Source: Anaerolineae bacterium (GTDB lineage Bacteria > Chloroflexota > Anaerolineae > B4-G1 > DUEL01). From it: 36,909 nucleotides of DNA. Below, piece by piece: positions 18,920-28,506 of the stretch; positions within the stretch are counted from its first letter, which is position 1; the number at the start of each line of letters is the position of its first letter. The DNA lies in the NCBI GenBank assembly GCA_029932895.1, contig JAOZPF010000001.1:1-36909 (forward strand). The letters are read 5' to 3'. The notes under the pieces were generated by a model that ran no database searches, was not told where the DNA came from, and saw only the letters and a program-made list of their open reading frames with translations. The translations under genes and the position numbers were made by a program.

Positions 18920-18996
18920 GGGCGGTTAGCTCAGTTGGTTAGAGCGCTTCCCTTACAAGGAAGAGGTCACAGGTTCGAGTCCTGTACCGCCCACCA
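18920..18996 (+). tRNA. tRNA-Val (TAC)
   Basis: Acceptor stem GGGCGGT/ACCGCCC, D-arm GCTC/GAGC, anticodon arm CTTCC-CT-TAC-AA-GGAAG, TTCGAGT T-loop and encoded CCA. Confidence 0.98.
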
Positions 18997-19049
18997 CACC
19001 GGTGCCGGGCGTTCCTGGAGCGTCCGGCGCTGACGGTCGGAGGTCCTGG

Positions 19050-20003
19050 TTGAAGCTCTTGCTGCCTGATCATTTGCTCGAGTCGTTGGGCCAGCGGATA
19101 TGCCGTGTCGCCCCCGAGTGCCAGATCGTCCCTGTCGATGATAAGGGGAAGGTGGAGGGCGATCCGAGCGATAGCGAGGTTCTCTTTCTGCGCTGGGGGC
19201 TTGACCGCGAGTCCTTTGAGCGGCTGGTGAACGATACTCCCAACCTGCGCTGGATTCACTCCATCAGCGCCGGTGTGGAACACATTCTCTTCCCCGCCCT
19301 AGCCGGGTCCGACGTGATTCTGACCAATGCCAGCGGGGTCTTTAGCGTCCCCATCGCCGAGACGGTCCTGGGCTATATGCTGGCGGTAGCCAAGCGGTTC
19401 CCCGCCTTTTTTGCACAGCAGCAGGCGCGTTGCTGGCGCAAACTCCCCCTGCGCGAGCTGCGCGGCCTGACGGTGGGCATTATCGGGTTAGGTGGCATCG
19501 GCTCGGAGGTGGCCCGCCTTTGTCGTGCATTTGGCATGCAGGTCCTGGGGCTACAACGGACCCCCCGCCCCAACGCCTACGCCGACGAGGTGCTGGATGG
19601 TACCCATCTCCACGACCTGCTGGCCCGCTCCGACTTTGTGCTCATTTCCATACCGCTCACCGCGGCGACCCGTGGGCTGATCGGCGCGGCCGAGCTGGCA
19701 GCGATGAGACCGGACGGCTGGTTGATCAACGTCGCCCGCGGCCCCATCGTGGACGAACGGGCACTGGTCGAGGCGCTGCAAGAGAGGCGCATCGGCGGGG
19801 CTTGCCTGGACGTCTTTGCCGAGGAGCCACTGCCGGAGGACAGCCCTCTCTGGGACCTACCCAACGTCATCATCACCCCTCACGATTCGTGGAGCAGCCC
19901 GCACCTGGAGGAGAGGGAGGCCGAGTTGTTCTTGGAAAACCTGCGCCGTTACGTGGCTGGTCAGGTCCTTCTCAATGTGGTGGACAAGGAAGCAGGTTAC
20001 TAG
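19050..20003 (+). CDS. D-2-hydroxyacid dehydrogenase (NAD-binding)
   Basis: TTG 19050 after GGAGG; motifs SAGVEH, GLGGIG, INVARG, LDVFAEEPL and ITPH. Confidence 0.9.
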   Translation: MKLLLPDHLLESLGQRICRVAPECQIVPVDDKGKVEGDPSDSEVLFLRWGLDRESFERLVNDTPNLRWIHSISAGVEHILFPALAGSDVILTNASGVFSVPIAETVLGYMLAVAKRFPAFFAQQQARCWRKLPLRELRGLTVGIIGLGGIGSEVARLCRAFGMQVLGLQRTPRPNAYADEVLDGTHLHDLLARSDFVLISIPLTAATRGLIGAAELAAMRPDGWLINVARGPIVDERALVEALQERRIGGACLDVFAEEPLPEDSPLWDLPNVIITPHDSWSSPHLEEREAELFLENLRRYVAGQVLLNVVDKEAGY

Positions 20004-20014
20004 AGCGCTCCGAG

Positions 20015-22573
20015 ATGATCTACCTGAACGACCTGCTTGCAGCCACCGGGGGGAAACGCGTCGGCCCCGTGACGCCACGACAGTTTCCTGCCTTTTGCTA
20101 CGATGCGCGCCGTGTCCAGCCAGGTGACCTCTTTGTGGCGGTCAAGACCGAGGATGGGGACGGACACGACCGCATTGGGGAGGCCGTGACGAACGGAGCC
20201 AGCGGGGTGTTGTGCCAGTTCCCGCCCGATAGGCCGACCGTACCCTGCATCGTCGTCCCGGACACGCAACTGGCCCTCACCGAGTGGGCTGCTTATGTCC
20301 TGCACAAGGTCAACCCGCAGGTCGTGGGGGTTACCGGCTCCACAGGCAAGACCGATGCCACCCGGGCCATCGCCGCCGTTCTCTCGGTTCGCTACCGGGT
20401 GTTCACCAACCCGCCAGACCTGAGCAACCGTTTTGGGCTGCCCATCTCTCTGGCCGGCCTCTCCAGCGAGCACGAGGCGTCCGTCCTGGAGCTGGCCTCC
20501 CATGCCTTTGACGACATCGCGCATTTGGCCGAGCTGATCCATCCGCGCGTCGCCGTCGTCACCGCCGTCAACGAAGCGCACCTGGCCTACCTGGGCAGCC
20601 TGGAGGCCATCGCTCAGGAGAAGGGTTCGCTGGTCGAGGCGCTCCCACCCGACGGCGTGGCGGTGCTGAACTATGATGACCCGTGGGTGCGCGGGATGCG
20701 GGAGCGGACCCGTGCCCACGTTGTCACCTACGGGCTTGGTCCCGATGCCGACATCGTTGCCTCTGACCTCCGCCCCGACCCGGAGGGGCTTCAGTTCGTC
20801 GTTCACTTTCCCGGCGTCAGCGGGCTGGGCACCCCTGGCTATCCGGCCAAGGCCGAGGTGCGCACCCGCCTTCTGGGCCGCCACCAAGCCCACACTGTCC
20901 TCGCTGCCATCGCCGTTGGCCTGGCCTACCACGTTCCGTGGGACGATATTCTGGACGTAGTGGAGGAACTGCGCCCTGCCCCCGGTCGCCTGCAGGCCCT
21001 GCCGGGGGTGGGTGGGTCGCTCCTTCTGGACGGCTCGGCCAGTTGCAGCCCCGTCACTGCCTTGCAGGCCCTTGTCGCCCTGGCTGATTATCCTGCCCAC
21101 CGCCGCATCGCCGTCATGGGCGATATGGCCCAGTTGGGTGGCTACGCGGTGGAGGGTCATCGCCGGGTGGGGCGAGCTGCTGCTGCCTTTGTCGATCTCC
21201 TGGTTGTAAAGGGGGAGCGCGCCGTCTGGATCGCCGACGCGGCCGAGGAGGCCGGCCTCTCGGGCGAACGAACCCTGGTCACTTATACCGCCCGCGATGT
21301 CGTGCGCCACCTCCACTCGCAACTGGGACCGGGCGATGTCGTGCTGATCAAGGGGGATGTCGAGACGCAGATGGAGGAGGTGGTGAAAGGGCTTCTCGCC
21401 CGCCCTGAGGATACCGACAATCTGGTGCGGCGGGTGGACGGCATGGCGGTCCGTACCGCTCGCCCGGCCCGTCCCACCTGGGTGGAGGTCGATCTGGAGG
21501 CGGTAGCGTTCAACGTCCGCCAGGTGAAGCAGATCGTCGGGCCGGAGGTGGATGTGCTGGCGGTGCTCAAGGCGGATGCGTACGGGCATGGCGCTCTCAC
21601 CGTCGCTCGCACCGCTTTCAACAACGGCGCTTCCTACGGCGGAGTGGCCTCGGTCAACGAGGCGATCAAGCTCCGAGAGGGCGGGGTGGATGCCCCTCTC
21701 CTGGTTCTGGGGTACACTCCTGCCTGGCTGGCGCGGGACGCGCTGCTCCACGATGTCACCCTGACCCTCTACGACACGGAGCTGGCGTGGGCCTTTAGCC
21801 GCGCTGCCATCGACCTGCGCCGCATCGCCCACGTGCACATCAAGGTGGATACCGGCATGGGACGGCTGGGGTTGCTGCCCGACCAGGTCGTTCCCTTTGT
21901 GGCCGAGATTCGCGATCTACCCAACCTCGACCTGGAGGGCATCTTTACCCACTTTTCCATCGCCGACGATGAGGACCTAAGCTACACCCGTTACCAGCTT
22001 GCTCGCTTCGAGAGGGTGTTGGAGCAGTTGGAGGCCATCGGCGTCACTTTCCGCCGCGTTCACTGCGCCAATTCGGCCGGTCTCCTGCGGTTGCCCCAGG
22101 CGCGGTTCAACATGGTCCGTCTGGGCCTGGCGATGTACGGCTTGCAGCCTTCCCCTTATGTTCCCCTGCCCCCCGGTTTCCGGCCCGCACTGACCTGGCA
22201 CACGACCGTCGCCCAGGTAAAGAGATTGCCGCCGGGCAGCTATGTCAGCTATGGCAATACCTACCGCACCGCGGGAGAGGAGACCATCGCTGTCATCCCG
22301 GTGGGCTATGCCGATGGTTTCCGCCGTGCTCCCACCCGCTGGCAGGCCGTCCTGGTTCGCGGGCAGCGCGCGCCGATCGTGGGCCGCGTCTGTATGGACC
22401 AGACGATGATCAATGTCAGCCACATTCCCAACGTCCGTGTGGGGGACGAGGTCGTGCTCATTGGCCCTCAGGGTGATGACGAGATCACCGCCGAGGAGGT
22501 GGCGGACTGGCTGGGGACGATCAACTATGAAGTGGTCTCCGAGATATTGGCCCGGGTGCCACGGGTGGTGTAA
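20015..22573 (+). CDS. alr: MurF-like domain fused to alanine racemase
   Basis: ATG 20015; Mur-ligase fold (DGHD, GVTGSTGK, GDMAQLG, LIKG) followed by Alr motifs VLKADAYGHG, KVDTGMGRLG, VSYG and GRVCMD. Confidence 0.92.
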   Translation: MIYLNDLLAATGGKRVGPVTPRQFPAFCYDARRVQPGDLFVAVKTEDGDGHDRIGEAVTNGASGVLCQFPPDRPTVPCIVVPDTQLALTEWAAYVLHKVNPQVVGVTGSTGKTDATRAIAAVLSVRYRVFTNPPDLSNRFGLPISLAGLSSEHEASVLELASHAFDDIAHLAELIHPRVAVVTAVNEAHLAYLGSLEAIAQEKGSLVEALPPDGVAVLNYDDPWVRGMRERTRAHVVTYGLGPDADIVASDLRPDPEGLQFVVHFPGVSGLGTPGYPAKAEVRTRLLGRHQAHTVLAAIAVGLAYHVPWDDILDVVEELRPAPGRLQALPGVGGSLLLDGSASCSPVTALQALVALADYPAHRRIAVMGDMAQLGGYAVEGHRRVGRAAAAFVDLLVVKGERAVWIADAAEEAGLSGERTLVTYTARDVVRHLHSQLGPGDVVLIKGDVETQMEEVVKGLLARPEDTDNLVRRVDGMAVRTARPARPTWVEVDLEAVAFNVRQVKQIVGPEVDVLAVLKADAYGHGALTVARTAFNNGASYGGVASVNEAIKLREGGVDAPLLVLGYTPAWLARDALLHDVTLTLYDTELAWAFSRAAIDLRRIAHVHIKVDTGMGRLGLLPDQVVPFVAEIRDLPNLDLEGIFTHFSIADDEDLSYTRYQLARFERVLEQLEAIGVTFRRVHCANSAGLLRLPQARFNMVRLGLAMYGLQPSPYVPLPPGFRPALTWHTTVAQVKRLPPGSYVSYGNTYRTAGEETIAVIPVGYADGFRRAPTRWQAVLVRGQRAPIVGRVCMDQTMINVSHIPNVRVGDEVVLIGPQGDDEITAEEVADWLGTINYEVVSEILARVPRVV

Positions 22574-22580
22574 AGCGGCT

Positions 22581-22609
22581 TTGACCACACAGTTGGTATT
22601 GGGTATAAT
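22581..22609 (+). promoter_or_regulatory. Sigma70 promoter of gcvH-gcvPA-gcvPB
   Basis: TTGACC-17 bp-TATAAT. Confidence 0.8.
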
Positions 22610-22703
22610 GAGGGTGTGCACTGGATGTCGGCCCGATCGCCCGGCCGCAACCAGGATTTAGCCCCAAGAGGGCAATCCGTGACCAGCAGAAGGAGGTTTG
22701 GCG

Positions 22704-23093
22704 ATGAAACTGGATGCGAACGCGCGGTACACCGAAGAGCACGAGTGGGCGCGGCCGGACGACGCCGAATTCGTCTGTGGCATCACCGACCATGCCCAAG
22801 ACTCGCTCGGCGATATCGTCTACGTGGAACTGCCGGAGGTGGGAGATACTTTCGAGCAGGGAGAGACGTTCGGTGTCGTCGAGTCGGTAAAGGCTGCCTC
22901 CGACCTCTATATGCCGCTGGGCGGGGAGATCACCGCCGTCAACGAGGTGCTGGAGGACACGCCAGAGCTGGTCAACCAGGACCCCTATGGCGAGGGCTGG
23001 ATGATCCGCATCAGCCCCTCCGACCCCGCCGAGTTCGATGACCTGCTGGACGCCGACGCCTACGAGACTTTTGTGGCGGAGGAAGAGGTATAA
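22704..23093 (+). CDS. gcvH: Glycine cleavage H protein
   Basis: Motifs HEW, GITDHAQ, lipoyl-Lys ESVKAAS and DPYGEGW; AGGAGG RBS. Confidence 0.97.
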   Translation: MKLDANARYTEEHEWARPDDAEFVCGITDHAQDSLGDIVYVELPEVGDTFEQGETFGVVESVKAASDLYMPLGGEITAVNEVLEDTPELVNQDPYGEGWMIRISPSDPAEFDDLLDADAYETFVAEEEV

Positions 23094-23146
23094 CTCGCAA
23101 CTCGCAATTTGCCACTCGCAATTCGCAATTCGCAACTCGCCACACG
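23092..23146 (+). repeat. 7-mer tandem repeat (AACTCGC/AATTCGC), about 8 units
   Basis: AACTCGC AACTCGC AATTTGC CACTCGC AATTCGC AATTCGC AACTCGC CACACG, between the gcvH stop and the gcvPA RBS. Confidence 0.9.
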
Positions 23147-23156
23147 AGGTGTCTCT

Positions 23157-24500
23157 ATGCCCTATATCCCGCACAGTGACCAAGACCGGGACGCGATGCT
23201 CAAAGCCATCGGCGTCCGCTCCATAGAGGAGCTTTTTCAGGATGTGCCGCAGCGCGTCCGCTTTCCACCGCTCGACCTGCCCCCTGCTCTTTCTGAATTG
23301 GAGGCGAGGTGGGAGCTGGAGGCGCTGGCTGGGGTGAATTTCACCGCCGGCGATGGCCCTTGCTTCCTGGGAGCGGGAGCATACCATCATTTCGTCCCCG
23401 CCGTGGTGGACGCGGTGCTGCGCCGGGGTGAGTTCACTACTGCTTACACCCCCTATCAGCCCGAGATCAGCCAGGGAACCCTGCAGGCCATTTTCGAGTA
23501 CCAGACGATGATCTGTGAACTGACGGGGATGGAGGTCGCCAATGCCTCCCACTATGACGGCGCTACCGCCACCGCCGAGGCAGTCATCACCGCTGTCAAT
23601 GTGCAGCGAATGAAGCGGCGCAAGGCGATCATCTCTCCCCTGGTCCACCCGGAGTATCGGGCGGTGACGCGCACCTACACTCAGGGGATGGGGCTGACCA
23701 TCGTGGGCGATGAGGAGCCGCAGGCAAGCCTGGCGGACCTGGTGGCGCGGGTGGACGAAGAGACTGCCTGCCTGGTCGTCCAGACCCCCAATTTCTTGGG
23801 GCAGATCGAGGAACTGGAGGGGCTGGCAGACGCTGTCCACGCGAAGAAGGCACTTTTGATCGTCGTGGTCAACCCCATCAGTTTGGGGCTGCTCAAGCCG
23901 CCCGGCGCTTTTGGGGCCGATATCGTGGTGGGCGAGGGACAGGGGATGGGTGTCGGCCTGAACTTTGGCGGCCCGTACCTGGGGTTTTTCGCCACACGGA
24001 CCAAATACGTGCGCAAGATGTCCGGCCGGCTGGTCGGCCAGACGGTGGACGCGGAGGGAGAACGGGGGTTTGTCCTCACCCTCTCCACCCGCGAACAGCA
24101 TATCCGCCGCGAAAAGGCCACGTCCAACATCTGCTCCAACCAGGGGCTGGTGGCGCTGGCGGCGGCGGTCTACATGTCCGCGTTGGGCCGCCACGGGATG
24201 CGCCGCGTGGCCGAGCTGTGCTACCACCGTGCCCACTATGCCGCCGCGCGGATTGAGGCGCTGGATGGGTTCGCTGTCCTGCGGGAGAGACCGTTCTTCG
24301 ACGAGTTTGTGGTCCGCTGCCCCCGCCCGGTGTCAGAGATCAATGACATCCTGCTGGACGAGTGGGGCATCATCGGCGGTTACGATCTGGGGCAAGAGTA
24401 TGCTCACTTGCAGGATCACATGCTCCTGTGTGTGACCGAGATGAACCCCAGGAGCGAGATCAACCTGCTGGTGGAGGCGCTGGAGGAGGTCGTTTCATGA
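23157..24500 (+). CDS. gcvPA: Glycine dehydrogenase subunit 1
   Basis: ATG 23157; motifs [18 protein letters not shown] and [16 protein letters not shown]. Confidence 0.96.
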   Translation: MPYIPHSDQDRDAMLKAIGVRSIEELFQDVPQRVRFPPLDLPPALSELEARWELEALAGVNFTAGDGPCFLGAGAYHHFVPAVVDAVLRRGEFTTAYTPYQPEISQGTLQAIFEYQTMICELTGMEVANASHYDGATATAEAVITAVNVQRMKRRKAIISPLVHPEYRAVTRTYTQGMGLTIVGDEEPQASLADLVARVDEETACLVVQTPNFLGQIEELEGLADAVHAKKALLIVVVNPISLGLLKPPGAFGADIVVGEGQGMGVGLNFGGPYLGFFATRTKYVRKMSGRLVGQTVDAEGERGFVLTLSTREQHIRREKATSNICSNQGLVALAAAVYMSALGRHGMRRVAELCYHRAHYAAARIEALDGFAVLRERPFFDEFVVRCPRPVSEINDILLDEWGIIGGYDLGQEYAHLQDHMLLCVTEMNPRSEINLLVEALEEVVS

Positions 24501-25960
24501 TAGAGCCCTTGATCTTTGAGATCTCCCGCCCTGGACGTTGCGCCACGTCGCTGCCAGAGCTGGATGTGGAGCCGGCCGAACTGCCCGCCGGATTGGTGCG
24601 CGAGGAGTTGAGCCTGCCGGAGGTGAGCGAGGCCGACCTGATTCGCCACTACACCCGCCTCTCCCAGTTGAACTATGCGGTTGATACCGGCTTTTATCCT
24701 CTTGGCTCCTGTACGATGAAGTACAACCCCAAGATCAACGAGGAGGTGGCCCGTCTGCCTGGCTTTGCCCGCCTCCATCCCTATCAAGACGTGGAGACAG
24801 TGCAGGGGGCGCTTTTCCTGATGTACTCTTTGCAGGCGTTCCTGCAAGAGATCGGCGGGTTCGCCGGGGTCAGCCTCCAGCCAGCGGCGGGGGCTCACGG
24901 CGAGCTGACCGGCGTGCTGATGATGCGCGCCTATCACCTGGACCGGGGGGATGTGGCGCGGGACGTGGTCTTGGTACCCGACTCGGCCCACGGCACCAAC
25001 CCCGCCAGCATATCGATGAGTGGCCTCAGAGCGGTGGAGGTTCCTTCAGATGAGCGGGGCAACGTGGACCTGGAAACGCTGGCGGCGGCCTGCCGGGAGC
25101 ATAGCGACCACCTGGTCGGGATGATGCTCACCAATCCCAACACGTTGGGGCTGTTCGATGAGCACCTGGCAGAGATAGTCGCTCTGGTCCACGAGCATGG
25201 CGGGCTGATGTACGGCGACGGGGCCAACATGAACGCGCTGCTGGGGATCACCCGACCGGGCGATCTGGGATTCGACGTCCTGCACTACAACCTGCACAAG
25301 ACCTTTAGCACCCCTCACGGCGGCGGCGGCCCTGGTTCTGGGCCGGTTGGCGCTTCATCGGCGTTGGTCGATTTCCTGCCCGGGCCTATCGTGGCGATTG
25401 ACCCTGAGCGGTCGGAGGGGGACGATCCTTTCTTTGCCCTGATCAATCCGCCCAAGTCGATTGGCCGTGTCAAGAGTTTTTACGGCCATTTTGGCGTGAT
25501 GGTGCGGGCCTACACCTACATTCGGATGTTGGGGGCGGAGGGGTTGCGCCGGGTGGCGGAGTATGCTGTGCTCAATGGCAACTACCTGATGAGCCAGATC
25601 AAGGATGTCTACCACGTTCCTTACGACCGCACCTGCATGCACGAGTTTGTCTGCGAGGGGCGCTTTCCCGATGCTCCGGGCGTGCGGGCCCTGGATATTG
25701 CCAAGCGGCTGATCGATTACGGCTTCCACCCGCCGACCAACTATTTTCCCCTCATCGTCCACGAGGCACTGATGATTGAGCCCACCGAGACAGAGAGCAA
25801 AGAAACGCTGGACCGGTTTGCCGAGGCGCTGCTCAAGATCGCCCAGGAGGCACGCACCGATCCCGCTCTCTTGCATCAGGCACCACACAACGCTCCGCTG
25901 CGGCGGCTGGATGAGGTGCGGGCGGCCAAAGAGTTGATCCTGCGCTGGCAGCCCGAGTAA
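24497..25960 (+). CDS. gcvPB: Glycine dehydrogenase subunit 2
   Basis: ATGA overlap with gcvPA; motifs [20 protein letters not shown] and PLP-Lys [16 protein letters not shown]. Confidence 0.96.
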   Translation: MIEPLIFEISRPGRCATSLPELDVEPAELPAGLVREELSLPEVSEADLIRHYTRLSQLNYAVDTGFYPLGSCTMKYNPKINEEVARLPGFARLHPYQDVETVQGALFLMYSLQAFLQEIGGFAGVSLQPAAGAHGELTGVLMMRAYHLDRGDVARDVVLVPDSAHGTNPASISMSGLRAVEVPSDERGNVDLETLAAACREHSDHLVGMMLTNPNTLGLFDEHLAEIVALVHEHGGLMYGDGANMNALLGITRPGDLGFDVLHYNLHKTFSTPHGGGGPGSGPVGASSALVDFLPGPIVAIDPERSEGDDPFFALINPPKSIGRVKSFYGHFGVMVRAYTYIRMLGAEGLRRVAEYAVLNGNYLMSQIKDVYHVPYDRTCMHEFVCEGRFPDAPGVRALDIAKRLIDYGFHPPTNYFPLIVHEALMIEPTETESKETLDRFAEALLKIAQEARTDPALLHQAPHNAPLRRLDEVRAAKELILRWQPE

Positions 25961-25983
25961 GGACCCGGCGGAGGTCACCGATT

Positions 25984-26508
25984 GTGGGCGATCAAGTTAT
26001 CCTGGTAGACGGGGACGACCGAGAGACCGGTGTCGGCGACAAGATGGCTGTGCACCGCGAAGGCGCACTCCATCGCGCCTTTTCGGTCTTTGTCTTTGAT
26101 TCGCAGGGGTTGATGCTTCTCCAGCGGCGGGCGGAGGCCAAGTACCATTCCGGCGGCCTCTGGAGCAACGCCTGTTGCAGCCATCCGCGGCCTGGAGAGT
26201 CGACCCTGGCGGCGGCCCACCGCAGGTTGCAGGAGGAGATGGGCTTTGACTGTCCCCTGGAGGAGGCTTTCAGCTTCACCTACCGCGTCCGGCTGGATAA
26301 CGACCTCTTTGAGCACGAGTTCGATCACGTCCTGGTGGGGACGTTCGATGGCGAGCCTGTCCCCAACTCGGAGGAGGTCGCCGGGTGGAGATGGGTCGAT
26401 GTGGAGGAGCTAGAGCGGGACGTTAGGGAGAACCCGAAGCGGTACACCCACTGGTTCAGGATCGTCCTCAGCAGGGTGGTCGACTGGCTGAGGGCAGAGC
26501 GGGCCTGA
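25984..26508 (+). CDS. idi: Type 1 isopentenyl-diphosphate delta-isomerase
   Basis: Motifs LHRAFS, WSNACCSHP, EHEFDHV and YTHWF. Confidence 0.95.
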   Translation: MGDQVILVDGDDRETGVGDKMAVHREGALHRAFSVFVFDSQGLMLLQRRAEAKYHSGGLWSNACCSHPRPGESTLAAAHRRLQEEMGFDCPLEEAFSFTYRVRLDNDLFEHEFDHVLVGTFDGEPVPNSEEVAGWRWVDVEELERDVRENPKRYTHWFRIVLSRVVDWLRAERA

Positions 26509-26517
26509 CCGCCCCGG

Positions 26518-27405
26518 TCAGGCGCTCGTCTCGACCAAGCGCAGCCGGGCAAAGAACCACGGCGCGCCAAACGAACCCCACAGCCCCACGAGGGCATAAC
26601 GGATGGCGCGGAGCAGCAATGCTGGCTCCGCATCGCCAAAGATGGTCTTTAGCCCCAGCCAGAGGCCGGCGAGGACCACTGCGCCCAGCAGGAACCGCAC
26701 CAATCGCTTCCACCACACTCCGCCGCTCTCGAACCTCACCCACCGCCGCTCCAGGACGAACCCCACCCCCATCCCCAGCAGGGTCGCCGCCGGGGTGACT
26801 GGTTCCGGCGCGGGCACCGCCACCATCATCAGCACGGGTACCACCAGTGCCACGCCAAGTTGCCAGGCCAGACCGCTTGCCCTCAGCCACGGCTCCACCT
26901 TCGGCTCCAGCCAGAGATAGGCCAGGAGCAGGAGCACGCCAAAGAGCAGCCCACCCAGGACATCGGTGGGGAAGTGGACCCCCAGGTAGATGCGCGAGAG
27001 GGCGATCAGCAGAATCAGCGTCAGTGCCACCACCCAGAACCAGGTGCGGCGCAGTTGCGTAGCCAGATAGCCCCAGATTGCGACCGCGTCCTGCGAGTGA
27101 CCGCTAGGGAACCCATAACCACTGGCTGGAGAGAGGGGGTGCACCTGTTGTGGCGCGTACTCGAAAGGGCGCGGTTGGGCCAGCAGTGTCTTGGCCGTTT
27201 TGTTGGTATAGTCGCAGCAGAGGAAAAATACCGTCAACCTGGCACCTAGCTCCCTGTCAAAGCACCAGTAGATGAAAGGGAGGAGGAGCAGAATGGAAGG
27301 TTCCTCCCCCAGGAAAGTAAAGAACCTGAAGGGCGCGTCCAGCGCCGGGCTGAACTGCTGGAACCAGAGGATGATGTTGATACCCCAATCTAGGACATGT
27401 TCCAC
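26518..27405 (-). CDS. PAP2 family membrane phosphatase
   Basis: Motifs KTLLAQPRP, FPSGH and SRIYLGVHFPTD; multiple transmembrane helices. Confidence 0.92.
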   Translation of the reverse strand: MEHVLDWGINIILWFQQFSPALDAPFRFFTFLGEEPSILLLLPFIYWCFDRELGARLTVFFLCCDYTNKTAKTLLAQPRPFEYAPQQVHPLSPASGYGFPSGHSQDAVAIWGYLATQLRRTWFWVVALTLILLIALSRIYLGVHFPTDVLGGLLFGVLLLLAYLWLEPKVEPWLRASGLAWQLGVALVVPVLMMVAVPAPEPVTPAATLLGMGVGFVLERRWVRFESGGVWWKRLVRFLLGAVVLAGLWLGLKTIFGDAEPALLLRAIRYALVGLWGSFGAPWFFARLRLVETSA

Positions 27406-27463
27406 GGCTGTTTCCTCCTCTACAGACTGTTGGGCGGCCCGGCAATGGGCCGTGGCCCACGCG

Positions 27464-27946
27464 CTATGTTCCCGCCGGGCTTTCGGGCGTGGTCTCCTCT
27501 GCCTGTTCCACCTGGATGCGCCTCAGGCCGTTTTCCACCACGCGCAGCGTCCGCTGGAGTTCTTCCTCCAGTTGGCAGAGGGCATTGAAGGCATACTCCT
27601 GGGCATCGCGGCGGAGGGTGGCTGCCTCCCGTTCCGCCTTCTGACGGATGGCGGCGGCGCGTGCCTCGGCGGCCTGGGCGATGGCGTGCTCACCGGAAAG
27701 CTCGCCGGCCCGCGCTTCGGCCTCGCGGACGAGTTGCTCTGCTCTTTCCCGCGCCTCGGCCATGATCTTGTCCCGCTCCCGGCCGATCCGTTGTGCGCGC
27801 CGCACCTCGTCGGGAATCGAGATGCGCATCTGATCGATGAGCGTTCGGATGGACCGTTCGTCCACCAGCCGGATCGTGGTGAAGGGGATGCGCACGCCCT
27901 TTTTTATACTCTCTTCGAGACGGTCTACCAGGTATAGAATATCCAT
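27464..27946 (-). CDS. Coiled-coil protein of the type usually found downstream of coaD (DivIVA / ATPase subunit B-like)
   Basis: MDILYLVDRLEE...IPFT...DQMRISIPDE; GGAGG RBS. Confidence 0.8.
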   Translation of the reverse strand: MDILYLVDRLEESIKKGVRIPFTTIRLVDERSIRTLIDQMRISIPDEVRRAQRIGRERDKIMAEARERAEQLVREAEARAGELSGEHAIAQAAEARAAAIRQKAEREAATLRRDAQEYAFNALCQLEEELQRTLRVVENGLRRIQVEQAEETTPESPAGT

Positions 27947-27981
27947 CGCCATCCTCCGGCCGGTTCGGTGTACGAGACCGG

Positions 27982-28506
27982 CTAGTCCCGCAACGACACG
28001 AGGGGCACGGCCCCTTGCTGTTGGTCCAACTCCCTGCGCTTTTCCTCCAGCGCGGCTATCACGCTCGGCGAGGCCATCCTGGTGATGTCGCCGCCCAGCA
28101 TGGCGACCTCTTTGACGATGCTCGAACTCAGGAAAGCATACTCCTGTCGGGTCATCAGGCAGACGAATTCGATCTCTGGTGCCAGTTGTCGGTTGGTGAG
28201 GGCCATCTGGTATTCCCACTCAAAGTCGCTTATCACCCGCAGCCCACGGACGATGGCGTGGGCACCGACCTGGCGCGCGAGGTCGACGGTGAGGCCATCA
28301 TAGGCCATCACCTCGATGTTGTCCATCCCCTTGAGCGCCTCGCGGGCCATAGTGACCCGTTCCTCGGTGGTGAACAGGAGGTGTTTGGCCGGGCGGTCAT
28401 AGATGGCGACGACGAGGTGGTCAAAGATAGCCGCAGAGCGGACAGCGATGTCAATGTGACCGAGGTGGATGGGGTCGAATGTGCCGGGATAGACGGCGCG
28501 GTTCAT
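27982..28506 (-). CDS. coaD: Phosphopantetheine adenylyltransferase
   Basis: Motifs YPGTFDPIHLGH, RGLR..SDFEWE and SSSIVKE; start overlaps the recG stop (TGATG). Confidence 0.97.
   Translation of the reverse strand: MNRAVYPGTFDPIHLGHIDIAVRSAAIFDHLVVAIYDRPAKHLLFTTEERVTMAREALKGMDNIEVMAYDGLTVDLARQVGAHAIVRGLRVISDFEWEYQMALTNRQLAPEIEFVCLMTRQEYAFLSSSIVKEVAMLGGDITRMASPSVIAALEEKRRELDQQQGAVPLVSLRD

Noticed and set aside
18920..18996. tRNA-Val as an integration site
   Set aside because: No duplicated tRNA 3' end, integrase or foreign cargo was seen; the flanks are housekeeping genes.
19430..20014. N-terminal 195 aa of the 1047-aa ORF
   Set aside because: It is an off-frame overlap with the dehydrogenase; the real protein starts at ATG 20015.
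22610..22703. Glycine, THF or ZTP riboswitch before gcvH (also checked before glyA)
   Set aside because: Conserved aptamer motifs are absent, and the glyA leader is only about 30 nt.
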